From the NCBI GenBank assembly GCA_942490775.1, contig CALNYL010000013.1, positions 22,981 to 86,980 on the forward strand: a DNA stretch of 64,000 nucleotides, in the 5' to 3' direction. The stretch comes from an uncultured bacterium (GTDB lineage: Bacteria > Patescibacteriota > Gracilibacteria > BD1-5 > UBA6164). A model generated the notes under the pieces. That model had not been told where the DNA came from. It saw only the letters and a program-made list of their open reading frames with translations, and searched no databases. Of the stretch, positions 22,978 to 34,537 are shown one piece after another (positions within the stretch are counted from its first letter, which is position 1; each line of letters begins with the position of its first letter). The translations under genes and the position numbers were made by a program.

Positions 22978-24465
22978 CTAAATTTTTTCCTTTCATACGA
23001 AAGGAAGGAAGCTACATTTTTCTATTTCTCATTTTATAACATACCTATCTAAACTTAAAAGTTTCACTTTTACTATATCTCATATTTTTATATTTTCTGG
23101 TCACTTGAAAAATATTTCTTTAAAGTTTCTAGTTCTACCAAAAAAGTTTGAGTCCTTTTTTCAATAAATTAAAACATCTTCTGTTTTATCAAGCATTAAT
23201 TTATTTCTTTTTTTTATATTATCAAGTAGTAAATCATTTAATATATGCCATCTTTCGGCTTTTATCTCATCACTAATATCGTCTGGATATAATTTAGATG
23301 CTATTGTTCATTTTCTTATTGAATATCTTGCATTGTATGCAAAGTCAAATTCACATTCTTTAAATGCTTTTATTGTATCTTCAAACATTTTTTCTGTTTC
23401 TCAGCTAAATCATACTATTATATCTGTAGATACTGAAAATAGTGGATCTTTGTTTCTTAGATAAAAGACCATATCTTTAAAGTCTTTATATTTGTGTTTT
23501 CTATTCATTTTTTTTAGAATTTCGTCGTTTCCAGATTGCAGGGCAAAGTGTAGGTAGTTACAGGTGCTTTTTAGGTCAAAGTGAGAGTCTAGTATGTCTT
23601 TTGTCATATCGTGGGGATTGCTTGAAGTGAATCTAAGCCTATTTAGTCATTTTATTTTATCTAGTTCATTTAGTAGTTCTCTGAAAGGTGATATTTCTTG
23701 GTTTTCTTCTTCTTTTAGTAAAAAAGGGGATATATGATTTCATCAGGTCATTAATGTATTTTTTCAATAACTATTTACATTTTGTCCTACTAATATTATT
23801 TCTTTGGCTCATGATTCTACTGTTTCTGTTACTTCTTTTACTATTTCTGATATGTTTCTACTTTTTTCTTTTCATCTTGTATAAGGTACTATACAGTATG
23901 TACAGTAGTTATTACATCATGTTTGGATTATTGTTGTTCAAATTGCTTTGTTTTCTCTTAACTGTTTTATTTTTAGGTAGTCATCAAATTTGTGGTCTTG
24001 TCATATGTGTTCTGAAAATATATGACTTAGTATGAGTGATAGGTATTTTATTTCTTCTATTCTGAATACGAAGTCTATTTTATCGGTTCTTGGAAATAGT
24101 TTATCATCGTTGTTAAATATTTGTTTTGAGTTTTCTAGGAGTTCTATTGTTTTTGCTCTGTTTCTTTTTGATTCTTTTTCTAGATATTTTTTATTTACTC
24201 AGGTTTTTTTTACCATACATCATGTAATTCATATGATTGGTTTCTGAGTTTTAGTTTTTTTTGTGTTTTTAAATATTTTTTCTATATATCAGAAGACTCT
24301 GTCTTCTCATTTTTGTCTTACACTACAGGTATTGAAAATAACAATATCTGCTTCTTCTGTTTCTTTGGCTTTTATAAGTCATGCTTGTAGCAATATCATG
24401 TTTAGTTTTTCTGAATCTGCAATGTTCATTTGGCATCCAAATGTTTGTATGAAGTATTTTTTCAT
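22978..24465 (-). CDS. miaB: tRNA methylthiotransferase MiaB (radical SAM)
   Basis: 495 aa, all codons checked. Motifs [43 protein letters not shown], and a TRAM-like C-terminus. The last ~13 codons are encoded by a hairpin repeat. Confidence 0.92.
22981..23015 (-). repeat. Hairpin repeat family copy forming the miaB 3' end
   Basis: The reverse complement reads GTAGCTTCCTTCCTTTCGTATGAAAGGAAAAAATT. Confidence 0.75.
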
Positions 24466-24487
24466 TTATTTTTTAGAATTACTTTTT

Positions 24488-24787
24488 TTAAATAAAAAAC
24501 TGTTCTTTACTACTAAATTCTAGAAAATTATCATCTGGGGCTATTTTGTTTAGTATTTCTTTTCAGCATTTTTGGCATTTATGTTTTATCATGTATCCTT
24601 TGTTTTTTTTGTGATCTATTCATATAGGAGACATTAGTGAAAAGCACTTAGAGTTTCGATCTCAGGGGAAATCCTCATCTAAATGTTTGGAATACAAACA
24701 ATGTGGACAGTGATTTCTAGCTGAACCTGAGGGGTGTTTATCTATTTTTTTAGAACAGTTTTCACAAATGAAGCTGTCGTTTATCAT
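24488..24787 (-). CDS. RNHCP domain-containing zinc-ribbon protein (99 aa)
   Basis: FICENCSKKIDKHPSGSARNHCPHCLYSKHLD ... HKCQKCGKE. Literal RNHCP motif plus CxxC pairs. Confidence 0.8.
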
Positions 24788-24804
24788 TTTAAATCACATA
24801 TTTT

Positions 24805-25851
24805 TTACTTTTCTATCATGTAAAAGATAACTCAACTGACTGATAAAATTATTCAAATTAACCATAATCTAAAAACCACAGTTTCTTCACTCCATCAAAT
24901 AGCCTCAAAGTGATGATGAAATGGAGCTACACGAAATATTTTTTTTCAGTTTCTTAGTCTTTTACTACTTAGTTGTAAAATAACACTAAGGGATTCACAT
25001 ATAAAAATTGCTCAAATTATTATTAAAACATTTATAGTATTAGTTAGTAGAGCTATTAGTCATAGATTTGCTCATAGAGCTAGGCTTCAGACATCTCACA
25101 TATATATTTTTGCAGGTTTTACATTAAACCATAAGAATGCGACTAGAGCTCAAACTATACTTACACATAGTGTTGATAATAAAAATAATCATTGATCATA
25201 TGTTATATAAGCATAAACTCAATAACAAAATAGTAGTAATCATCAAGCTAATCAATCTAGTCAGTCGGTTAGGTTTACACTGTTGGAGGTTGCTATTATC
25301 ATAAACATAAATATTGGGATAAACCATAGTCATACTCAGAATTCTGCTCACTCTAAAAAGAAGATATCTATTACTCTATCTCACCATCATAGGTCATAAT
25401 AGAACCAGAAACCTGCTAATAATGAAAAGATGATTAGCCATATCATTTTAAATCTAGCAGATAGTCCTTTAGTTCTTCATATTCACTTAATATTCATAAA
25501 GTCATCTACGGCTCATAGGAAACCAACAGTGAATAATATAAATAGTACTAGAACGGTTTCATTTTTGTTAAATAGTGAGTTGTTTATAAATCAGAACTTT
25601 TGTAGAAATATGCTTATGAGTACCATAAAAAATACTGTTCATATTATTACTAATCCTCACATTGTTGGAGTTCATGATTTTTTATTATGTAGTTTTGAGA
25701 ATATGGTTGCTTTTCATATAGAAGCTTCATCTCTGATTTTTTTTCATAGTTTTAAGTCTATAAGAACCTCTATAAAGGCAGGAGTTAATATAAAACCTAC
25801 AAGAAATGTTAGTAGTCAAAACGAGAATATTGAGATTAGATGTTCGTTCAA
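24805..25851 (-). CDS. mraY: Phospho-N-acetylmuramoyl-pentapeptide transferase
   Basis: All codons checked. Motifs [67 protein letters not shown]. No ATG is available; TTG 25851 is chosen, and the frame is open up to 25917. Confidence 0.9.
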
Positions 25852-26068
25852 AATAAGAAAATGGTTAAGAATTATGAGGGGGAATATTATGATTATATTT
25901 TCATTATATCATAATATTTAATTATTTAAAATTATTTTTTTCTTTATTCTTGTAAAGCTCTATTTTAAATATAAATTTGCATGTCAAATATAAATTTGTA
26001 AAAGCTAAAATATTTATATAATATAAATTAGGCATAATCTAACTTATTTTCTAATAAAATCAAAAAAA

Positions 26069-26311
26069 ATGAAAAACACAAGCAAAAACATATGAAAATC
26101 CCTAGCCTTTATTCAATCTAAAATAGATGATATATTCAACTTCGGTTTTAAAAAAATATCAGAAATAGGAGATAAACAATTATCAAAAGACACACATAAA
26201 GTTAAAGAAATAACACACAAAATGCTATGATTTATCTGAAACATATGAAAAAGCTACTACAGTAGCTACAACAAAATAAAAGAAGAAAAATCAAAAAACT
26301 CTGAAAAATAA
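26069..26311 (+). CDS. Small hypothetical protein (80 aa)
   Basis: ATG 26069 to TAA 26309-26311 with 4 TGA=Gly codons. No motif. Confidence 0.4.
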
Positions 26312-26352
26312 TTTTATATTTTATCATCTTTATGATACTATAATACAAATCC

Positions 26353-26397
26353 GTAGCCTCTTCCCCTTATGTAAGGGGAAGAATTTAAGTTAGGGTT
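26353..26397 (+). repeat. Hairpin repeat family copy
   Basis: GTAGCCTCTTCCCCTTATGTAAGGGGAAGAATTTAAGTTAGGGTT. A 9-bp stem CTTCCCCTT/AAGGGGAAG. Confidence 0.85.
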
Positions 26398-26429
26398 ATT
26401 GAATATTTACAAACTAAAATTATATCTAT

Positions 26430-27719
26430 ATGACAAACAAAACCTGATTCAATGCATTTTTTAATGCCGTAACATCGTCACCAGAATTTAAAGCAGTAGT
26501 AGAAAACGACTACAAAGAAGACATGGAAAATGCCATCAAAAAAATGGAAAAAACAATAGAAAAAGCAAGTAAATTACCACAAAAGCTACAAGAAACCTTC
26601 GCCACAAAAGAAGCCATAGAAACCTGAGAATCACTAACTGTAAACTACTACGATGATGATTTTTATAAAGACTTAAAAAAACAAGAAAAAACTAAAGAAA
26701 AATGAGAAAATGAAGTAAATCTAGATATAAAATACCCAGAAAAGAAAAATCCAGACACATTCGGATTTTTTTGAGTAGCAGGAATGCAAGAACTAAAACA
26801 AGACCTTCAAGACAACTTCATAGCACCCTTGAAATTTAAATTTATGGTCGAAAAAATAAAAACAGAAATAGACCAAGAAAAATCAAAAACAAAAAAAGCA
26901 AAAAAACAACAAATGCAGAAAAAAATCTATGAAGTCTATAAAAAATTCAAAGTCTGAATTCCAACCTGAATGCTATTCTACTGACCGCCATGAACCTGAA
27001 AAACATTCATCACAAAAAAACTAGCCGAAGAACTATGAGCAGGACTAATTAAAAAATCAGTCTGAGAATTTGGATCAGAATACCACCACAAAACAAGCAA
27101 AAACATAAAAGAATTTTTTACCAAAGCCAAAACAGCAAGCGAATCTTGACCAATTATTTTATTTCTAGACGAAATAGACTCACTACTCTCAAAAAGAACA
27201 AACAATATAGATGCAAATAAAGCAGAGGAAGTTTCACAATTTCTCCAAGAATTTAATGCTCTAAACGAAGCCCCAAACCTGATAGTAATAGCCGCAACCA
27301 ACAGACCAGACCATTTAGACTCAGCCATCCTAAGATCATGAAGACTAGATAAAAAAATATATATATGACCACCCGATGCAAAAGCAAGAGAAGAACTATT
27401 TAAAATACACATAGAAACAGAAAAAAGACCCCACAAAAAACTTAACTACAAACTCCTATCTGAACTCACAGAAGATTATGTATCATCAGACATAGAAGCA
27501 ATATGTGATGAAGCCTCAAGAGCAGCCAGTAAAAACATACTCTCTATTGCTCACTCTCTCTGAGATGACTCAGATTATTCTAGTATAGAAGCTAGTTTAG
27601 ACGACCATTATATAACCATGGAACTACTAAAAAATACCATAAGGAAAATGCCCTCATCTTTAAAAATGGTTGATATGACTGTGTTTGAAGAGTGGGAGGA
27701 AAAAAACAGTAATCTATAG
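26430..27719 (+). CDS. Classic-clade AAA+ ATPase (single AAA domain) with a unique ~190-aa N-terminal region
   Basis: 429 aa. Walker A GMLFYGPPGTGKT, Walker B IILFLDEIDSL, second region of homology [29 protein letters not shown]. Confidence 0.85.
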
Positions 27720-27818
27720 ATAAATAAAATACATTTTATAAAAATATCTTTTTTTCTTACATTACTCTTACAATAAAAAACTATAATATATTTACTTATT
27801 ATTTAACAATAAATCATT

Positions 27819-29243
27819 ATGAAAAAATTAGTCTTATTTTTGATAATTGCTTTCTTATTCTCAATTAATAGTATATTTGCATCATATGGTCCTTTACCTG
27901 CTAGTAAATATGGTATCAGTGAAGAAAAAGAAATAAAAATAAATAAAACTTTGAATAAAATTAGTGTAAAAATAATAGCAAATTGATGAAAAGAATGATA
28001 TTTATATAAGAATCTTGATGCAAAAATTGATGAGTTAATTTCATCATCAACAGATGAAAAAAAGACTAATATACTAAAATATATTGATGACTATTTAGAT
28101 AAATCTGTTGAAATAGAGTGAATAATAAAAGTCTGAGAAAATAAAGATTATGATAAAATCTTAGAATGATTTATAGAAAATATGATGAGTAATCCTTTTT
28201 CTTTTGGTGCTATTGATAGAAAAAAAGATGATGTAAACTTAATAAATGAGAATAAAGAAGTTTTTATTGATTTATTCAAACAAAACAAATTACCGATTTT
28301 CTACAAGTTTGAAGTCTGAGGGAACGAAGTTTTTATAACATCAGTATATAAAAACTATTTAAAAATGGATTGGGCAAAAGATGTACCAATAACTTGCAAT
28401 GTATTAGGAGAAGTTAATACTCATAATCTATGTTTAGCTATTGTAAAAGATGGAGACTCATATTATATTAATGCGAGTGATTTAGGTTATTTAGAGTGAG
28501 ATAATTCCGACTTTAAAGTAGTAGATAATACGTATGTGTTATCTATTAACTGATATTGAGATAGCTGTGTAGCTTGATGAAATTCTAAATTATTAGATAA
28601 TAAATTGAATCTAGTATCTGTGATTAGTTGGGGAATATCAGCATGCGATATGAATATTGATGAATATACGATAGATTGAGTAACATTTTGATTTTATTCT
28701 AAGTTAGACCAGTCAACAAATCAGAAATATCCAGTTTCTTATAAAATATATGAATTAGAACTTGAAGAAAATAATACATACAAGAGAAATGTTAAAGAAT
28801 ATAAATTAACATTAGATACTACTTTTGGTTTTAATATAGAAGATAATTTAGTTTATTATAATGACACATGAAAAATAAAATTCACAATTTGAGATAAAAA
28901 ATATGAATACGATATCTCAGAATTAAAAAATAAAGACAGTAAATTCTCAGAAGATTGATGGGATACACTAATGTCACTCTCTAAAAACTGAGAAATTTAT
29001 TATTTAGAATGAGACTTAATGTGAAAGAAGATAAAATCAGTGGAGGTATTATCTTGTGATAATAATTGAGATACCTATGAAGATAGTTATTATAAATCAA
29101 AAAAGTTTATGCCCTGAGATAATGAATATCAATATAATATTTATGAGAACTATTGAAATCTTTGTAAAATACCATATTTCCTAAAATTAACAGATATGGA
29201 TTGAAAAGTAACAAAACAAGAATTTAGTTTAAATATTGATTAA
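27819..29243 (+). CDS. Secreted hypothetical protein (474 aa)
   Basis: Signal-like MKKLVLFLIIAFLFSINSIFA. Open with many TGA=Gly codons to TAA 29241-29243. Several Cys residues; no recognised domain. Confidence 0.7.
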
Positions 29244-29329
29244 TAAAAAATAATGCAATAAACATTTTTCAGTAGAGACAAAAAAATCTTTTGTCTTAAA
29301 AAAAAAACATAAATAAAAACAAAAAAACC

Positions 29330-29803
29330 ATGTGAAAAATAATAAAACAAAAACAAATTAACCCAATTCCAGAAAGTATAAAAATACACACTAAAAATAG
29401 ATGATTCTTCTTATACAAATGGCTAACAATTGAAAACCTTAAATTATCTATATGAAATGATATAAAAATATCCACAGAAATTTTTATATTATCTTTCCCT
29501 GTTTTATTTTTCATATCACTATATATCTCTTTTCCTAATAATATTAAATCTTTTTCTATAAATAAAACATATGTAGTACTATGATTTGTTATATTAATAT
29601 TTTCAATAATATTCCTTCTCGCACTAATTCTAATCTCACTTAAAACTACTAAGAAATTTATTATACTAAACTCTTACCTAATAATAACTGATAAATTTTT
29701 TTTTATCTGATGAAAAAATACTAAAACTATCCTTAGAATCTGTATATTGTATTTTTTGTACTTGTTTCAGATTTTATTTTTATCTTGAAATAGAAAAAAT
29801 TAA
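29330..29803 (+). CDS. Hypothetical membrane protein (157 aa)
   Basis: Starts MGKIIK, like the genes at 34538 and 35907. Two hydrophobic segments. It competes with the antisense track ORF 29296-29514. Confidence 0.45.
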
Positions 29804-29814
29804 ATTTTACTTTG

Positions 29815-30180
29815 TTAAGATTTATTAAATTTTAGGTCTAATTTGGTTCAATACTTCATTTTTGCAAGAAATATTTTAGAATATATTTTAGGGTATTTTT
29901 TCTGAAATATCTTATATTCTTCATGGGTACTATTACCAATAGTATAATTGATAATAAACTTTAATATATCCTTATTTATAAGTAAATTTCCAAAAATTTC
30001 TCTAATAATACTCTCAATAACTGTATTGTTATCTTCACTTAATTTATCACCTCATAACCCTCCAATAATCTCTCATATTTCCTGAATATCAATAAAATTA
30101 CCATTTTCTACAATAATAGAAAGTAAGTCCTTCTGTATATCTGTCCATTTATCAAAACCTTTTATAGAACCTGTTTGCAC
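29815..30180 (-). CDS. Hypothetical protein (121 aa, GTG start)
   Basis: VQTGSIKGFDKWTDIQKDLLSIIVENGNF... A degenerate copy of its 5' half lies at 30624-30821. Confidence 0.35.
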
Positions 30181-30623
30181 ATTTTAAGCTAACCTCCTAA
30201 TAATAAGTCTAATAGAACATAATCTAATTTTAGCCTCAGAGGTAGAAAGTTTTCATTCAAGTTTTTCCATAAAACCCAATTGGAATCCAAGCATTTGTTT
30301 TTTTTACAATCCATTTTTTTTTCATTAATCAATTCTTTATGAGGTTTTTTTTTAGATTTTTCTTTCATATAGGTCAGGTTTTTTTTTGTGTCTTTTTTAT
30401 CTTATAAAGGAGTTAGAATATTTTTAGTCTATTGTTTTTATTTTTTTTTTTAGAATATATCTTTATGGTATCAATTTTCTGATAATATTGTTATCACAAT
30501 TCATTCTTCATAGATAGTATTCCTTGTTCTCTCGTATTATTTGATTAATAAACTATAATCAGAAATATCTTTTGTACATTTATAAAATATGAATTTCCAA
30601 AAATATCTATTAATAATGTCTCT

Positions 30624-30821
30624 TTATTTAATTTGTACTTTATTGGATTTTTGTTTTTCTGCTGTATTGTTTTTTTCACTGTAATTTATCACCTCATAAT
30701 AGTAAGCTAGTAATTTCTCTTTTTTCCTTATTTTCTCTCTAATTTTTCCAATTTCAATAGTAATACATAATAAATTCTTCTTATTTTTCCATTTATCAAC
30801 TGAGAATAAACTGTTTGCCAT
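30624..30821 (-). pseudogene. Degenerate partial copy of the 29815-30180 gene
   Basis: Shared DNA blocks are GCAAACAG, GTTGATAAATGGA and TTATGAGGTGATAAATTA-AGTGAA-AACAATACAG, with a 1-nt register change relative to the intact copy. Confidence 0.4.
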
Positions 30822-30996
30822 TTGGGAAAGTCTTTGGCAAATCTGCCATTTTAATCAATTTTTCAATTGTTAATTTATTCCATTTAACATTTCTTTTTTG
30901 TTAATACTTTTTTCTGCTGTTCATAGTTTGTTTTTTTATTAGTTCATACTGCTTGTCTGTTAATTATTATTATAATATATTTTTTTTTATATAAAA

Positions 30997-32808
30997 TTAT
31001 TTCTTATTTTTAAATTTTTTACGAAAAGTGCAACCTGGTTCTATATTTGAAATCTCTACTAATTCATCATATCTCATAATATCTATTAGAGTTATTTCAC
31101 CTTGTCATCATAGTGCATAATTGAATTTTGGTAAAAAGTATTCAAATCCTTTATCTGCAATCTCTTTAAACTTTTCTGAATCAATTATTTTGATAAGTTT
31201 ATCCCAATCCATTCACCTCATACCTACTAGGATACTTAGATATTTTTTTTCATTAGGCGAAAGTTTTTTTTGTATTATAAGTAATACTTGTTCCCATGTT
31301 GAAATTACTTGCTGTCAAAATTCTACTTTTAGACAACTGATACAAGATAATTCTTTTTCTGTTAGGTTCAGAAAATCTTTTGATGATATTATTTCTATAA
31401 ATTCTCCTACCTCTATTCATATTAAATTTTTTAATTCAAATAATGCTGATGCTTGTTCGTTACTTAATCAAGCAATATTTTTAATAATTTCCTTTACCTG
31501 CTCTAGATTTATTGGTTCTTCTCATCTATTAGCAAAGTTGAATAATCAAATAGATTCATAATATAATGGTCCCGAACATAAAACTGAGAATTTTTTAAAA
31601 TCTTCAGTTTTAACTAGCTCAAAAGCTTGTTCTGCAGTTATTGTTTTTAGTACTGAACCTAGGTTTGAAATCCGCTCTTTTTCAGAATCCTCTAGGTCAT
31701 CATTACTTACAATATCCTTTATTTTGTCCCATTGTTTTATTCATAGCGAACTCATTAATTTATAAACTAGGAAGGTTTTTTTATCTTCATCAATGTATTT
31801 GAAATCATCATCTTCTACAAGAAATCTATACAACTCCTCTATTTTATTATCCCAATTAAAATTTTTAATCCAATAATTTACTGATTTCCTTTCTATTTCA
31901 TCTAAATCTACTATTTTTTCAAAAATATCAAAATTCATTCATTTTATTGATAATAAAGATTTAACTATATTGTAACCATCTACAGAAACTAGAGACTTAT
32001 TTTTTAATTTTCAAAATATTGTCATTATATTTTCTGGCTTAATCCATTCTACACTTCAAAGTATTCAAATTATTTTTGGTCAATATTCTCAAAAGTTTGA
32101 TATATCATTATCAATAATTATGTCATTTATTTTTTTAACTCTTCATAAGCTAATTATTTCATCTACACCTGGGATAAAATCATCTAGTTCTCTAAATGGT
32201 TCTATTAATTCACCATCTTTATATAAATCAGGATATAATTTTACTTTATCTTTTACTTTATAAGTCCTCATTAATCATTCTACATTTTCTTCACTATACA
32301 AATTCATTAATTCTTCAATACTACTTACCTTTGTACTTAATGCTAATTTTCATAGTAAAACTAATTTTAAGCTTTCCAATTTTCAGAAATCATCAGTTTT
32401 TATAAACTCTTTTATATCATCCATAGAGATATTAGATTCTAGTAGATGTCGAATGAACTCTACTTTTAATGGTCCAGAATTTTCTTGATATAATTCTATT
32501 ATAGTTTCAACCATTTCTCTATCTAGTTTTCCTATATTGTTATAAATAATAACCTGTAGTTCTTTATTAAGTCATATAAGTTCATCTAGTATTTTGTTTC
32601 AAAATTTGGCACATATTTCTTCCAATATATTTTTATCATAACTGTTTAAAGAAAAACCTTTATGGCTTAATAGTATATTAAATTCTTTATCTAGTTTTTC
32701 GTTACTATCAACCGAAAAATAATACTCAAAAAACACTAAAAACCAAATCAAAAAATAATCCCAAAATATGGGATTATTTTTTAGTTTAAAATAGAGGAAA
32801 AAAGGCAA
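30997..32808 (-). CDS. Large hypothetical protein (603 aa), no recognised domain
   Basis: All codons from 32808 to TAA 30997-30999 were checked; no TAA or TAG. It joins track ORFs 32599-32808 and 31741-31938 in one frame. Helix-rich, acidic composition. Confidence 0.7.
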
Positions 32809-32874
32809 AAAAAGTTGATTTGAGTATAAAAAAGTATAATTATTAGCTTAATAAAGGTAAAAGTTAACTAAGAA

Positions 32875-33925
32875 ATATGCACAAGATTTACATAAAAACA
32901 CAAAAAAAGATTGATAGATGAGATACTAAAACTGAGAGATGAACTTGGCAAAGAAAGAGGGAAAGTTAAGGAACTAGAATGAAAACTAAACAAAAATAGT
33001 AAAAATTCAAGTAAACCATCAGGACAGATGATTTAAGAACATACAACAATTTGTAATTCAAGAAAAAATGACAAAATCCCAGATGAGGTAAAAAAGGTCA
33101 TACTTGAGCGAACCTAAAAAGAAATGAGATGTAAATGAACAATTGATGTAACCCAAAAGATGTTCTATTGTGATGTTTTTATTTGTAAAAGAAAAGACAA
33201 GTATTGATATGTTAAGTATGGCAGTAGAGATTATATTTGAGTGATTGTCAAGTGTGATTTACATATTTTGATGAGTAACGTAATATTGACAGAGATAGTT
33301 TCATATATTAACTACATGCTTATATGAGATTGAAGATTTTTTGGGAGATTGATTATTATCAAACAAGTTTATATTTTACATTGATTTGATATTAGACTTT
33401 TGAGATTGATATAATCTCTATTAAAGAATCATAGATGAATGAGGAGAGATTGAGGTTGATTTGATTATATTCATGAGATTATTATTTTATCATCAGACAA
33501 GAGGTGAGAGAGGTATAGATATGTAGTTAGAATTAATGAATTTATATAGATACTTACAGTTACTAGCTTATGATTTGAATTACTTTGCATGTATTTGAGA
33601 GAATTATTGGGTAGAGAGATGAGAAAAATGGGCATATATTAGTATTTCTCATTATATAGAGAAAAGATATTTGATATTTATTTTGGATAAGTAAAGATAT
33701 CCTGAAGAGTAAGAGATATATTGAGATGAATAGATATGAGAAGTTGTTAGATGAAAGATGATTAAGAAGTGATTAATTACTTGAACGATTAGAAAAAGAA
33801 ATGAGCTGGTTTTTTGATAATTTTAGTATTCCATTTGATAATAATTAGCTGAAGAGACCTGAGAATGGTAAAAACTAGAATAAGGTTTTGGTTGTTTCAG
33901 AAGTGAAATGAGCTAGTGGTTTTGT
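32875..33925 (+). pseudogene. IS66-family transposase relic, heavily decayed
   Basis: Residual blocks are LNKNSKNSSKPSGQ (the IS66 NSSKPPS motif) near 32985-33030 and PFDNN-LKRPENGKN near 33830-33880 (the DNNxAER motif), separated by many stops and frame changes. Confidence 0.65.
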
Positions 33926-33928
33926 TGG

Positions 33929-33961
33929 TTTTTTTTTTTTTTTTTTTTTTTCTTTTTTTTT
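33929..33961. repeat. Homopolymer tract T23-C-T9
   Basis: Read directly: 23 T, one C, 9 T. It lies at the 3' edge of the IS66 relic. Confidence 0.95.
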
Positions 33962-33962
33962 A

Positions 33963-34178
33963 TTACAGTTTTTCTGTTCATAAGGATAATCTTAATTCTA
34001 GTAAATCGACTCTTGATATTTTATATATTTTTCTTCATTCTTTTTTATAAGTTTTATATTCAGGTATATAATTTGTAATACTTTGTTGGTTTTCTTCAGT
34101 TAATTTTTTCCATTCTCTTTCGGAAGGGAATTCAATAATTTTTGGTGATATTTTTATTAAAGGCTCTCATTCGCTCAT
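33963..34178 (-). CDS. Small hypothetical protein (71 aa)
   Basis: MSEGEPLIKISPKIIEFPSEREWKKLTEENQQSITNYIPEYKTYKKEGRKIYKISRVDLLELRLSLGTEKL. ORF evidence only. Confidence 0.4.
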
Positions 34179-34537
34179 AATTTCTTATTATAAAATATAA
34201 TATTAATTCCATAGTATCATATCTAATATAAAAAAACAAAAAAATAGGACTCTATTCTTCCCAGAGTGAAAAACAAGGTAGTAAATTTACTAAATTTTTA
34301 ATTCCTTCAAACAAAAACGAGCAGCTAGTTTTTTTATATGTTATTTCTCATTATGAAAAATCTATGTTTATTTTTTTGTTAAATTATAGTTTTTGGATAT
34401 TATTCATATGTAGAATAATTTTAGTTAAAGTTACACCTATTGAGTGTATTTATTTCAACTATATTTTTTTCTATTTTGTGCTACTTTTAAAATTCTTATG
34501 AAAATCTTTAGGATTATAAAATTTTTAATCAAAAATC

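Noticed and set aside
23688-24523. A chain of plus-strand ORFs (115, 71 and 86 aa).
   Set aside because: They are antisense to miaB. Their hydrophobic low-complexity translations are typical of the complement of an A-rich gene.
25430-25921. The 163-aa plus-strand ORF, one of the longest in the track.
   Set aside because: It is antisense to mraY, whose full set of conserved motifs is on the minus strand.
26978-27436. The 152-aa minus-strand ORF.
   Set aside because: It is antisense to the AAA+ ATPase gene, covering its Walker A/B and SRH region.
29296-29514. The minus-strand 72-aa ORF from the track.
   Set aside because: It competes with a longer plus-strand code-25 ORF (29330-29803) that shares the MGKIIK start with two other genes. 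Both are weak, but the plus-strand call is preferred.
31121-31561. The 146-aa plus-strand ORF.
   Set aside because: It is antisense to the 603-aa minus-strand ORF, which I verified codon by codon as free of TAA and TAG over 1.8 kb. That is far less likely by chance in AT-rich DNA.
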